NCBI GenBank assembly: GCA_965240325.2
Contig: OZ251227.1
Location: forward strand, 3,286,001-3,350,000
Direction: 5' to 3'
Length of the DNA stretch: 64,000 bases
From: Rebecca billardiae RCC1528
Taxonomy: Eukaryota > Protista > Haptophyta
The notes beneath the pieces are model-generated. The model did no database searches. It saw only the letters and a program-made list of their open reading frames with translations, and was not told the DNA's origin. The position numbers were made by a program, and so were the translations under genes. Below, one piece after another: positions 42,401 through 53,023 of this stretch; positions within the stretch are counted from its first letter, which is position 1, and each line of letters begins with the position of its first letter.

Positions 42401-45400
42401 AAGTGCCCTCCCCTCCGCTCCCGGACTCTGTGAGGTCCAGCCCAGCCGCACTCGCGTGAAGCGAGTGCGATGGCGGAGAGTACCAGCCAGGGATTTTCAG
42501 GCGAGTGAGGTGCCCCGGGCACCTCAAGCGCGCGTTCGCGCAAAAGTCCGCACCGCCGATTTTTCACAGTGGGCGGCAATTTCTGGCGCGCTATTTTCTG
42601 ATTTTCCGCCGTGCGTGGCGCCGCCGCGTCGCGCGCGCTCTCGACGCGCGCGAGCTGCGCGCGCGTGGCGGCGGGTTTGGCCGCGCGGCACTGGGACGGC
42701 TGGGTCCGCACGGCCGAGGAGGCCACTCTTGCCGCGGTGGTCGTGGCGCGGGGACGTCTCCGCCGCTCGCAAACCTCCCGCGAGCGCCTCGCGCCGCCTC
42801 GCGCCGCCTTCACGCCGTCTCCGCGCGCCAACTGCACGCTCTGGACGCCTCGGCGGCAGAGACGCGCGCGGCGCGGTTGTGTGCCGCGTAGACTGGGCCC
42901 ATGCGCGTCCGCTGCCGGTGCGCCCCGACCACGCGCGCGCGCATCCCAGACCTCTCGCCTCACGCGTCGCCGCCGAGCACGGCCGTGCACCGCAGTCCGC
43001 CGTGGTGCCGCCCGCGCGGCCGAGCGAGCAGGCGGCGCGTTGTGGAGCGTGTGACGCGCGAGGCGGGAAGGCTTCAGAGCGCCCGAGCCACCGCCGACCG
43101 GCGGCGCGCACGCGATTGGCTCGAGCCATGGGCGCCGACGGCGCGCGCGCGCGCTGAGCCAGCTGAAGACTTGTGCGCCATGGCACGGCAGCCGCCAATC
43201 GCGGCGCGCGGGCGTGCTGTGCGGCAGGCGCGCTCGGTGCGGGCGCTTCGGGGCGTGGCCTCACGAGAACGGAGCCCCTGGAAGCGCGACGCCTGTGAGC
43301 TCGCCCCGGCCCGTGTGAGTGTGCGCGCATCTGTCAGCAGCACGGGGTGGCCGTCATCATGAGCCATGGCCTGGTCACTGCCGCGCTGGGTGTCGACTGT
43401 CGACCAGGCACAAAGAACAAGCGAGCATGCGCACTTTTGAAGTTCTCGCATGCGTGGTGCGGCGCTGTGCGTGCACGATCATGCTGGTGCATGCGAGACC
43501 ATTCAGCAGGGCTGTGCGCGTTATTGATCTCCGTACCGGCAGAAGGCTGCCGGCATCCCGGTGTCCAACGCTGCACCTACGCTGACACCTTGAGACGCTC
43601 TTGTCAGCCAGAAACGCGCGCTTCGAGCGCCGCGTGCCCAGGTAGCACGACCCACTACTTCCTGGCTTACGTCAGACCATGTCGGATGACCTGAGCAGCA
43701 GTTGGCGTCATCGTGCGCGGGGGCGCGCGCAAGCCGGCTCTCACTCTGCCCAACGTGCGAGGGCGTAAGGCGGGGGCGTGTGCGCACGAATCGAGTGTCA
43801 GCAGCAGCGCTCGCTCGCGCTCACCGGCGAGAGACGTCTGCTCGCAAGTCGTCTGGGTCAGCAGGCTACCAGCCGTGATAGACGTTGCAGCAGATGGGTT
43901 GGAAGGCTCCACCGCACGCCGGGCACCAGGAGGGCGTGAGCGACCGCAACCGCAGCCGCGCCTGCGTCCGCGAGAGGGCTGAGCACCTGGACCTTGCGCG
44001 TCGCCCTGTCTGGGCGTTGGACCAGATGTCTGTACCCCGCCCTCAGCGTCGCGCGCGGGCTCTGAGCCTGCTGGCGTCTCAACGGCCTACTCATCCGCGC
44101 TGTTGTCGCCATCATCGAGGGAATCACGACCGTCGGCCAGATCGTCGAGCTCGAGCGTGGCAGCCCATCGGGCCACCGTCTTCCTCGTCACCCATACCGA
44201 CCATACCGGCCTCCCGCTCGCCACCCTGAGCTATGCGCCTTCGACAGAGCTCTCGCGCGCGCACGCCATCACAAAGGCTGGCACCCCACCACCCTTCAGG
44301 CCTGCCGGGAACTTGCTGGTGAGCAGTGGGTCTGCGCAGACGCGGCTGCTCCCCGACCGTGCGCCGTGAGTGAGAGAGCTGCCGTGGCGCGCCCGCCTCG
44401 GAGTGAGCAGGCCAGCAACACTGCAGCCATAGCTCTGTGCGCTTCTGACACTGGAGGGCTACGACTTCTGACCAGTAGAGTCGCTCTCTCTCTCTACGGA
44501 AGCACGTGGCTGGCATCGGACAGACGCTCAGATGAAACGCGTCAGGCAGCATGCAAGTGCTCGCATGCGTGCGCGCAAGCGCACGCGGGCCCAGGTAGCC
44601 CCAGAAGCCATACAACTACGCTTCATGCGGCGCTGTTGCCGTGTGTCGTGGCGCGCTCAGCGCGGCAGTGACCAGGCCATGGCTCATGATGACGGCCACC
44701 CCGTGCTGCTGACAGATGCGCGCACACTCACACGGGCCGGGGCGAGCTCACAGGCGTCGCGCTTCCAGGGGCTCCGTTCTCGTGAGGCCACGCCCCGAAG
44801 CGCCCGCACCGAGCGCGCCTGCCGCACAGCACGCCCGCGCGCCGCGATTGGCGGCTGCCGTGCCATGGCGCACAAGTCTTCAGCTGGCTCAGCGCGCGCG
44901 CGCGCCGTCGGCGCCCATGGCTCGAGCCAATCGCGTGCGCGCCGCCGGTCGGCGGTGGCTCGGGCGCTCTGAAGCCTTCCCGCCTCGCGCGTCACACGCT
45001 CCACAACGCGCCGCCTGCTCGCTCGGCCGCGCGGGCGGCACCACGGCGGACTGCGGTGCACGGCCGTGCTCGGCGGCGACGCGTGAGGCGAGAGGTCTGG
45101 GATGCGCGCGCGCGTGGTCGGGGCGCACCGGCAGCGGACGCGCATGGGCCCAGTCTACGCGGCACACAACCGCGCCGCGCGCGTCTCTGCCGCCGAGGCG
45201 TCCAGAGCGTGCAGTTGGCGCGCGGAGACGGCGTGAAGGCGGCGCGAGGCGGCGCGAGGCGCTCGCGGGAGGTTTGCGAGCGGCGGAGACGTCCCCGCGC
45301 CACGACCACCGCGGCAAGAGTGGCCTCCTCGGCCGTGCGGACCCAGCCGTCCCAGTGCCGCGCGGCCAAACCCGCCGCCACGCGCGCGCAGCTCGCGCGC

Positions 45401-46774
45401 GTCGAGAGCGCGCGCGACGCGGCGGCGCCACGCACGGCGGAAAATCAGAAAATAGCGCGCCAGAAATTGCCGCCCACTGTGAAAAATCGGCGGTGCGGAC
45501 TTTTGCGCGAACGCGCGCTTGAGGTGCCCGGGGCACCTCACTCGCCTGAATTTGAGCATGGGGCGGCGCCCCATTTGCACAGTCAAAAGACCGCGGGTGT
45601 AAAAGCAACCGTTGTCGAGTTCGATGTAGCGGCTGGGCGAATTAGTAGTGAATAATAAAAAACAATTCACGAGACACTTGCGCCCACGGCCGCGATGGCG
45701 TTGGCGCCGTCCACCCACGACGGGAGTCGTGGACGGACATCGCTACACAGCCTACGCGACAGGCGTTGTCGTGATCGAGGTGCCCGTGCCCGTTGTCGAT
45801 AGCCAACGATTGGCACGACGACCTGGCACCACATCCGCGTCAAGCGCGGCGAGGCCGTGGTCCAGCGCGTGTGCGGCAAGCTGGCCGATGTGCCGGGACG
45901 GCGTCGGGTGGCGCAGGGGCTCCTGCCGATGCTACCTGGCGGCTGCTGCGGGGCCTGCTGCCGTGGTCGAACCTGAGGCAGAGGGTGAGTCAACCGCGGA
46001 GCAGCTCAACGCTTCCGAGATCGAGCTGCGCGCGGTCGGACCAGATGACGGCCCGCGGCCGTCCAAGCGCACACGCAAGGACGCCTGAGCACACGCGTTC
46101 AGTCCGAGCAAAGCCTGGTCGGCGTACGAGCGCGAGCCAGCTCAGACACGGCACGAGCGCACGCGTGACGGCTCGTACGATGAGCTCGTCGGCTTGGTCA
46201 TCGGGCTGCTGTCGCTCGTCGCCTCGCTTGTCACGTCACACTCAGCTGAGCAGAGACATCACTCCCGCCGTTCAGCTGATCGACGAGGACGAGGCGGCCA
46301 AGGCGGCGGCGGCTCAAACGCCTGGAGGAGGAGCGCAGGAGGAGGATGAGCTCCCAGCGCTGAGCCTGTGGGGCCGCGCCGAGGCCAGGCACCGCGGCCA
46401 GCGGCTGCAGTCGCGGGTGGCTGCCGGACAGCAGCTCGGCGGCACACGCTCACTCTTACGTCGATCCTCTTGCTCGAGAGTCAAGGCGGCGGGCAAGGTG
46501 CAGGCCGCACGCGAGCTTGCTGAGCGTGCGCAGGCCGAGCCGCAGCTGAGCCCCGAGGGTGCTCGGGACGCCGCGTGCGCAAGCAGGCCGCCTCGCAGCA
46601 GATGCGGTGCTTTGCATAGTAACTACGCTGATACTACGACCCGAAAAAATTCCTTCGCACTGCGTGCGCTTTATTCCCTTTACTTTTTTATTCAGCATCC
46701 TTATTCGCGCGTATTAAATGCCGCTTTTCCGCCTCCCCAGTGCGGAAGTGCGCCAGAAAATGGGAATTCCACCC
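39446..46774. mobile_element. 7.3-kb TIR DNA element with no recognisable transposase: 23-bp TIRs and 4-bp TSD ACTA
   Basis: Left end GGGTGAAAATCCCATTTTCTGGC versus reverse complement of the right end GGGTGGAATTCCCATTTTCTGGC (21/23 match). ACTA at 39442-39445 and 46775-46778. Confidence 0.7.
42497..45549. mobile_element. Nested long-TIR (fold-back type) element: 892-bp inverted repeats around a 1269-bp core, with candidate TSD ATTT
   Basis: Arms at 42497-43388 and 44658-45549. Mirror ORFs in the track translate identically (e.g. 42524..43330- equals 44716..45522+). ATTT at 42493-42496 and 45550-45553. Confidence 0.85.
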
Positions 46775-47152
46775 ACTAGTTAGTAGTCGTCGTATATTCA
46801 TGAATGCAGTCATCGCTATACCGCCTATACGTAAATAACAGTTATTTATAACTACCGGGTGACCGTATCATATAATAGTCGCGTATCGCGTAGTCGTACG
46901 TAGTCGGAAAAAAAAAAGAACTGCGCGCGCGCATCACTAAAAATTGATGCGGTGATCCGTGACGATTGATGCTGGACGGCATACAACGATTTTTTAAAAA
47001 ATATCGTCATATTATATATCGCGATTCGTCCGCGACGACGACGACGACGCAATTTCATGCCGGCGTCGTCCACCAGCCCGCCGATCGAGTATTTTCGTCG
47101 CGCCCGCCGTCGCCCGCTTCGTCTCCCCGCTCGGAGTCCGGAGCCTTGCAGC

Positions 47153-48394
47153 ATGCGCGTCGCAGCGGCCGCCAGCCTGGGCGTGTGCTGGGTGCTCACG
47201 TCGTTCACGCTCGAGTGCCCGCCCGCGCCGGACTGGAGCCGGGCGATGCGCGTGCAGGCGCGCAAGACGCACCTCTCCTTCGCCAGGCAGCTCGCGTGGA
47301 ACGTCCTACGCTCGATGCGCGCGAACCCGGGCCTACCCGTGTGCGTACTCACGTCCATGAGCCGCTCCGCCGTGCGCGCGCTGCTCGCGGACGTGCCCGG
47401 CTTTGCGGAGCACGCCGAGCTCGTGGCGAGCCGGTTGCTTGTCGCGCAAGTGCCGTGCGCCGAGCCGCTGGAGCCACTGCCGCTGCCATCACCGCTCCCC
47501 GCCGAGCACCCGCGCGCGCCGCGCGCGCCCGCGCGGTGCGCGGAGCAGTGTGCGCTCGCGCACGCCTACCTGCCTGCGCTGCGCGCGGAGAGCGCCGCCA
47601 CCAAATCGTGGCGGACGGCTCTGGTCACGGCGGCAATCACGCGGCACTCGCGGCTGACGAGCGTCCGGGCGACCGCGCACGTGCCGTTCGAGACGACGCT
47701 CGTGCTCGACGCGGACATCGGGCTGTGCGCGCACGCGGCGGCGGCGCTCGCGGGCGCGGCGGAGGAGCTCGAGCGCCGGGGCAAGGCGGTGGGAGTCCGG
47801 TGGCTGGCTGGGCACAGCACGGGCTTCAAGGGCGTGTTCGCACGCTTTGAGCGGTGCGACGGCGCGTGCGCCGCCGCGGCGCCCGGCGGCAACGCGACGA
47901 GCACCGCCGCCGCGGTCCGGGCGTACATGCGGTGCGCAACCGGCTGCGCGGCCGACCTCGGCGAGGGCGTCCGGATCGGCTGTCCGGCCAACACGGGCGT
48001 GCTGGTCGTGCGCCGCTCGGCGCAGGCCGTGGCGCTTGCGGCGACGTGGTACCGCCGGTGGTACGCCCAGCTTGTCGGGCGCGCGCCGCCGCCCGGACTG
48101 CGAGCCGGGCAGTCGCTCTACTCAGGCGACCAGCTCACGTTTGGCAGCGCGCGGCTGCCCCGTGGGCAGTGGGCCGAGGCGTGCGCGCCGATCGCCAACG
48201 TGCCGCTCAACTTCCACCTGGGCCGGCCCGAGGTGGCCGTGGGGCAGAAGCAGCTGCGCGGGCCGCCGATCGCTGTGCACGACTGCAAGCAGCGAGGGAG
48301 GGATGGGAGCACGTGCGCGTCTTACGATGCTTGCTGTTCGCACCCGGCCGCCGGCCGCACGTGCGTGCAATCTGCTGCTGAGACTGCATCGTGA
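47153..48394 (+). CDS. Putative glycosyltransferase (GT-A / nucleotide-diphospho-sugar transferase-like)
   Basis: PFETTLVLDADI (DxD motif), NTGVLVVRRS...W...W and GDQ motifs. Hydrophobic N-terminus from ATG 47153. Confidence 0.6.
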   Translation: MRVAAAASLGVCWVLTSFTLECPPAPDWSRAMRVQARKTHLSFARQLAWNVLRSMRANPGLPVCVLTSMSRSAVRALLADVPGFAEHAELVASRLLVAQVPCAEPLEPLPLPSPLPAEHPRAPRAPARCAEQCALAHAYLPALRAESAATKSWRTALVTAAITRHSRLTSVRATAHVPFETTLVLDADIGLCAHAAAALAGAAEELERRGKAVGVRWLAGHSTGFKGVFARFERCDGACAAAAPGGNATSTAAAVRAYMRCATGCAADLGEGVRIGCPANTGVLVVRRSAQAVALAATWYRRWYAQLVGRAPPPGLRAGQSLYSGDQLTFGSARLPRGQWAEACAPIANVPLNFHLGRPEVAVGQKQLRGPPIAVHDCKQRGRDGSTCASYDACCSHPAAGRTCVQSAAETAS

Positions 48395-48961
48395 CGTATA
48401 GTCCAGCTCCTGTCATGCTGCTCAGATACCAAGACACGGGCTAGACTGGCCGAGCCGCCGGGCGCCGGCGCCGGCGCGCCGCCGGACCGGAGGGCCGTCG
48501 ACCGCTGCCAGCCGGCCAGTCCTGGCAGCAGTGCCGACGAATAATATATATATATATATATTATATTTATTATAATGGCCGGACGATGAGTAGCCGGCCA
48601 TGCACGATCGACATATCACTACTCATCAGTCATCACGAGCGACATATACACGGTCGTCACTCTGAGTCTGAACGGTGTCCGGCCGGGGCCCGGCCGGATT
48701 GTCATCCCGGAATCTTAATCTAAGTCAGCAGTCAAAGACAAAATTGAATTGACGGCGGCCGCCCCGCGGCGTTCACTCTGTATGGCCCGTGATGGCACAG
48801 TACTCAGTAGTTCGGGCATCATCGGCTCATCCGCCGCTGCACTGGCAGAAACAGATTGCGTCAGCACGGCCCACCGCGAGTCGCTACCCCGGGCCCGCTC
48901 TCCCAATAGGCGACAGCCCGCGTTATTTGTTTTTAAGATTCTAAAAAATAACGTCACTACG

Positions 48962-50314
48962 ATGGCGGAGGCCATGCGCATCTGCACGTCCGCGTCGTGC
49001 ATGCAGCAAGGCGCGGAGTGCATCGTCGCCGCGATTGAGGACCTCGCGCCGGAGCGCTCGCGCGTCTCGCGCGGTACGTGCTTGTCGCGCTGCGGCGCTG
49101 GCCCGAACGTGCTGTGCACGCCGGCCGCGGCAGACGATCCGCTGCAGTCGCCATTCGTGCGCGCGGTGAGCAGCGTTCGCGATGCGGCGCGCCTCGTCGC
49201 GCGGCTGACTGGGCACGCGCCAGACGCGGCGCTCGTATGCGTGGTCGAGCTCAAGCACCTCGCCACGGCCTCGCCCGTCGTGCCCGCCCGGCGGCGCTTC
49301 GACCTGCTCGCGCGCGCCGCGCGTGAGTGCGCTTGCGGCAGCGTGGCCGACGACGTGTGCGCATGCGTGCACGCGCTGTGCGCAGACGCGGGCCTCGAGC
49401 TGGGCCTGGCGTGCGAGGCCCTCGCGTACTACGAGCGCGCGCTCTGCCTCCTCCCACCCGCCGCTGCCTCGCACGAAGGCCGCCGCTCGGAGCAGCCGCA
49501 GCCACGCGGCGCGTGCTCGGCGCGACAGGCAGCCACCGCCCGCCGCGTCCACACGCTGCGCGCGCGCGCCACTGTTGGCCGGGCGGACGCGCGGCGCGCG
49601 CTGGGCGACACGGCTGGGGCGGCGGCCGACTTTGCCTGTGCGCTTGAGCTGCACGCGGCCGGCCTCGAGGCGCTCGGCCGCGCGCTTCCGCTGCCGGAGC
49701 GCGAGCGGATCGCGCGCGCACTGCGCGAGCTCAGCAGCCACGCCGAGCGGCTGTCGCCACGCGCAGCTGCACACACCGAGCCGGAGGGGCGGGACGTGCG
49801 CGCGAATGCGGGCGTGGAGGGTGTGAGCGCCGTCACGCGTCGGTGTGGCGCGCCTGCGCCCGCTGCGCACACGCCCGGGCGCGCGTGCCAGGCGGAGCCG
49901 GCGCTCGCCGCCGGGCCGCCCGCGGACGGTGGTGTGCGCGCGCTCAACTCCGCGCGCGGCCCCATGGCCTCTGGAGGTGGTCATGCTCGCCGCACGACGG
50001 TGCAGGGCACGGGCGCTGCGGAGAGGATGGCGGCGCGCGTGGCGGCGCGTGCGCGCGCGCGGTTGGGAGCGTGCGTGGGGCGTGCCGCACATGCAGCGAT
50101 GAGGGCATGTGCGGTAGCCGCAAGGACCGCCATGGGCGCAGCCAACGCCAGCCTGAGAGCAACGGTGTCTGCATCGCGCACGGACAGCGCCGTGGGCACA
50201 GCGGTGCTCAGCGCGGCGGCCACGGGCGTCGTTGCTGCTGGTTCGGCGCTGCTTGCCGTGGCAATGCTGCTCCGACGAGCGAGATCACTGCAAGAGCCCC
50301 GCGCCAGCCGCTAG
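48962..50314 (+). CDS. Thioredoxin-like [2Fe-2S] ferredoxin domain, TPR-like helices and a C-terminal hydrophobic anchor
   Basis: RICTSASCMQQGA...TCLSRCGAGPNV (C-x4-C...C-x3-C-x2-GP). EALAYYERAL and GRADARRALGDTAGAAADF are TPR-like. Confidence 0.7.
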   Translation: MAEAMRICTSASCMQQGAECIVAAIEDLAPERSRVSRGTCLSRCGAGPNVLCTPAAADDPLQSPFVRAVSSVRDAARLVARLTGHAPDAALVCVVELKHLATASPVVPARRRFDLLARAARECACGSVADDVCACVHALCADAGLELGLACEALAYYERALCLLPPAAASHEGRRSEQPQPRGACSARQAATARRVHTLRARATVGRADARRALGDTAGAAADFACALELHAAGLEALGRALPLPERERIARALRELSSHAERLSPRAAAHTEPEGRDVRANAGVEGVSAVTRRCGAPAPAAHTPGRACQAEPALAAGPPADGGVRALNSARGPMASGGGHARRTTVQGTGAAERMAARVAARARARLGACVGRAAHAAMRACAVAARTAMGAANASLRATVSASRTDSAVGTAVLSAAATGVVAAGSALLAVAMLLRRARSLQEPRASR

Positions 50315-50494
50315 GCGGCGCGGTGTGATAATGTGACTATGCGTGCAGCCGTGCACTGACTCACTGTCACTGACGCAGCACGCATCGTCAATTCGCAAAT
50401 GACGAGTGGATCGGATGTACGTCGTCGTCACGGTCATATATATATTATTACGGCACATATCACATCACACGCCTGCCCGTTGCATACCACGTCG

Positions 50495-50497
<3 letters not shown>

Positions 50498-50546
<49 letters not shown>
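50498..50546. repeat. (AT)n microsatellite (~24 units); shorter tracts near 48.55, 62.09 and 62.28 kb
   Basis: Read directly. Confidence 0.95.
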
Positions 50547-50558
<12 letters not shown>

Positions 50559-51165
50559 CATCGGCATACAGCTAGCGCGTATATATATATATACTGATGC
50601 TCACGTCATCCGTGGCTCCGTGCGCCGGCGGTCAGCATGTCTAGTTGATGATGAGTAGAGTCGGTCTGCAGCAGTCATACTACATCGGCAGCATATATCG
50701 CGTACGTATGACTACTATGACTGCTGAGTAGTCCGATCCGATAACTTTGACGATGCATCAGCATGCTCATCTCGCGTCGCCGGTCCGGGATATCGCGCTA
50801 TATCATCGCGGGCGATCGTCCGGCTTCGTCCGCCGTGAATCGCCGTGTCGCGTGTCAATATAAACGCCGTCTGTCTTGGATGATATTATATTGGTAAATG
50901 GTGCTCCAGCGGGCGGCGCCCGCGCCTCCCAGGGCTGCAGGCCGACCGAGTCCCTGTAGTCATAGCCCGCGGTGCTGCAGAACCTGGCGGAGCACGTGGC
51001 CCTGGCAGCCTGGGGGGGGCTGGAGGGGGCTGACAGTCCCGAGTGGGCGAGTGATGTCGGTGCCAGCGGCGCTGGGGACGCAGGCGGACGACCTGCAGTC
51101 AGCACCGAGCACGGGGCAGTGGCGGCGCTGGCGATGGCAGCACGCCGCGCCGCGCGTGCGCCGAG

Positions 51166-52237
51166 CTACAGCTCGTCGACGACCACCTCAAGCTTGCGCT
51201 TGAGGAACGCGCGGTGGCGGGTGGCCGCCGTCCGCGCGCGCGGCTGCCCCGGCCTGGAGAAAAACGCCTCCAGCTTTTGGCTCTGGCCGCCCTCCTCCTC
51301 TTCCGGCCAGGAGACCGTCGCTGCCTTCTCCTTGAGGAGCTGCACGGTGGTGGACCAGCTGAAGCGCGCGAAGCGGGGCAGGCCGAACACGCGGTCGCAC
51401 GAGCGCGCGAGCCACGCCTTCGTCTCCTCGTCCGCCGGGTAGCCTGAGCCCCACGCGCGGTCGAGGCCGATCGCGCGCTCGGGGAATTTCCAGTTCTTCG
51501 TGAGCTCGTCGCGCGGCACCTTGGCGCAGATGGAGGCGGCGGAGACGACGGGGAACTTGGAGTCGGCCTTGGGCGTGACCACGACCTCGCACTGCGGGAA
51601 CAGCCCCGCCAGCCGCTCCTGGTACCGATCGGCGTCGCCCACCGTGTCGACGAACACCTGGCGCACGTTCACGCCGCGATCGAGCACGCCGCGGATCAGC
51701 TCGATCGCCGCGTCGTACGAGATGGAGTTGAGGCTGCGCCGGCTCTTGTGCAGCATCTCGCGGGAGATCTCCTCGGCGGAGAGCACGCGGATCGACCAGC
51801 CCAGGTACCCGTGCGCGCCTCGGTCCTGCATCGCCGCCCAGAGCGCGTCGCGCCGATCCTCTGAGAGCTGCTTTGAGTCTGCAAAGCCGAGCGCGCGCAG
51901 CTTGAGCTCGTCCGCGACCGGGCAGAAGGCTGGGCCGCGGGCGCAGCGCGTGGCGGTTGGGGCGTGTGTGTAAGAACACACCCGGCGAGCTGTGCATCAC
52001 TGCTCGCGCCCGCGCCACCCCATTCCCCGTGCCAGGCGCTCGTGCTCGCGCGCGCGCGGTGAGACGCGCGCGCGTACCACAACCGTACACCATCGGGCCG
52101 AGCACGGGGCCTCGGCCCGCCTCGTCGATACCCAGCATGAAGGGCGTGTTCGTGTAGTCCATGCCCTCAACAAGCGGGGATTCGAGCGGGCCGCTCGTAA
52201 GCTCCGTGGTGCTCACGAGCTCACCGCGCGCGGGCAT
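51166..52237 (-). CDS. RNASEH2A: Ribonuclease H2 catalytic subunit A; intron 51930-52077 (307 aa)
   Basis: LGIDEAGRGPVLGPMVYGC|AFCP, ADSKQL, VFVDTVG, KADSKFPVVSAASICAKV and WGSGYP. A phase-1 GT-AG intron restores the frame. Confidence 0.95.
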
Positions 52238-53023
52238 GACGACGCACCCGTGCTCGTCTCCGTTCCTACTTCGCCGGTGGGTTCGACCAACGGTCTTTTC
52301 CGCCGCTGCTACAAGTGACGAATCTCGTCGTTCCTTGGCATGCTGATTCCAAGGGCGGTAAGCTAGCGGTAAGCTGGCTGTCTCAGACTCAGTTGACGAT
52401 CGTGACTGATCTGAGACAGATCGACTGATCAAGGGCCTTGGACGGATGCGCCAAATTGCTGCCCAAATGTGCAACGCATTTACGCATTGGATGACAGCTT
52501 GGCCAGTCTTGGCAGGCAGTAGCAGGTAGCTCGCGGCACTAGCCGAAACCTGGTCCTGAACCGCGGCGGCACCGCGCGGCCGCCGCCGACGGGCGCCGAC
52601 GCTGCCGCTGCCCCGACCATTTGGCCGAGCAGTTGGCAGGCATCGGCCAGCCTGGTACGACACGCCGCCGTCGGAGGCGCGCAGCCACCCCGGGGCGGAA
52701 TGCACACGGGTCACGGCGCATTGCTGCCGACGGCTGGCGCCGTCTAGGAGACGCATGGCGGCGTCTCGAGGCGGCCCGTGTGTGCACGTCGCCGTCGGTA
52801 GTGCACTGCGTCGAGCACCCACTTCGACCTTCCCCGCCGCGGCCGCCGCCCGCCTCGGCCCCGGCCGCGCCGACCGCCTGCGGCCCGGTGGCAACCGGCA
52901 TTCGGCTGGCGGGTTGGCCAGGCGGACGGTGGCACTGCCTAGTACCTTGCCATTAATTTGGCTGCATGGCGAGCGGGCGTTGGTTGGCCTTCACCGCTTC
53001 TCCGCTCGACTCCTCTGGACTCC

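Noticed and set aside
42490-42499. GGGATTTTCA as the partner of the 39446 TIR
   Set aside because: Only a 10-bp match, formed across the nested element's junction. The 46752-46774 end matches 21/23 and has a TSD.
42524-45522. Pairs of identical ORFs in the inverted repeats as duplicated genes
   Set aside because: Low-complexity translations without domains; their identity simply reflects the DNA inverted repeat.
52320-52960. Additional gene between RNase H2A and allantoicase (upstream part of ORF 51188..52894)
   Set aside because: No recognisable motif or convincing start and splice structure. It probably comprises UTR and promoter sequence.
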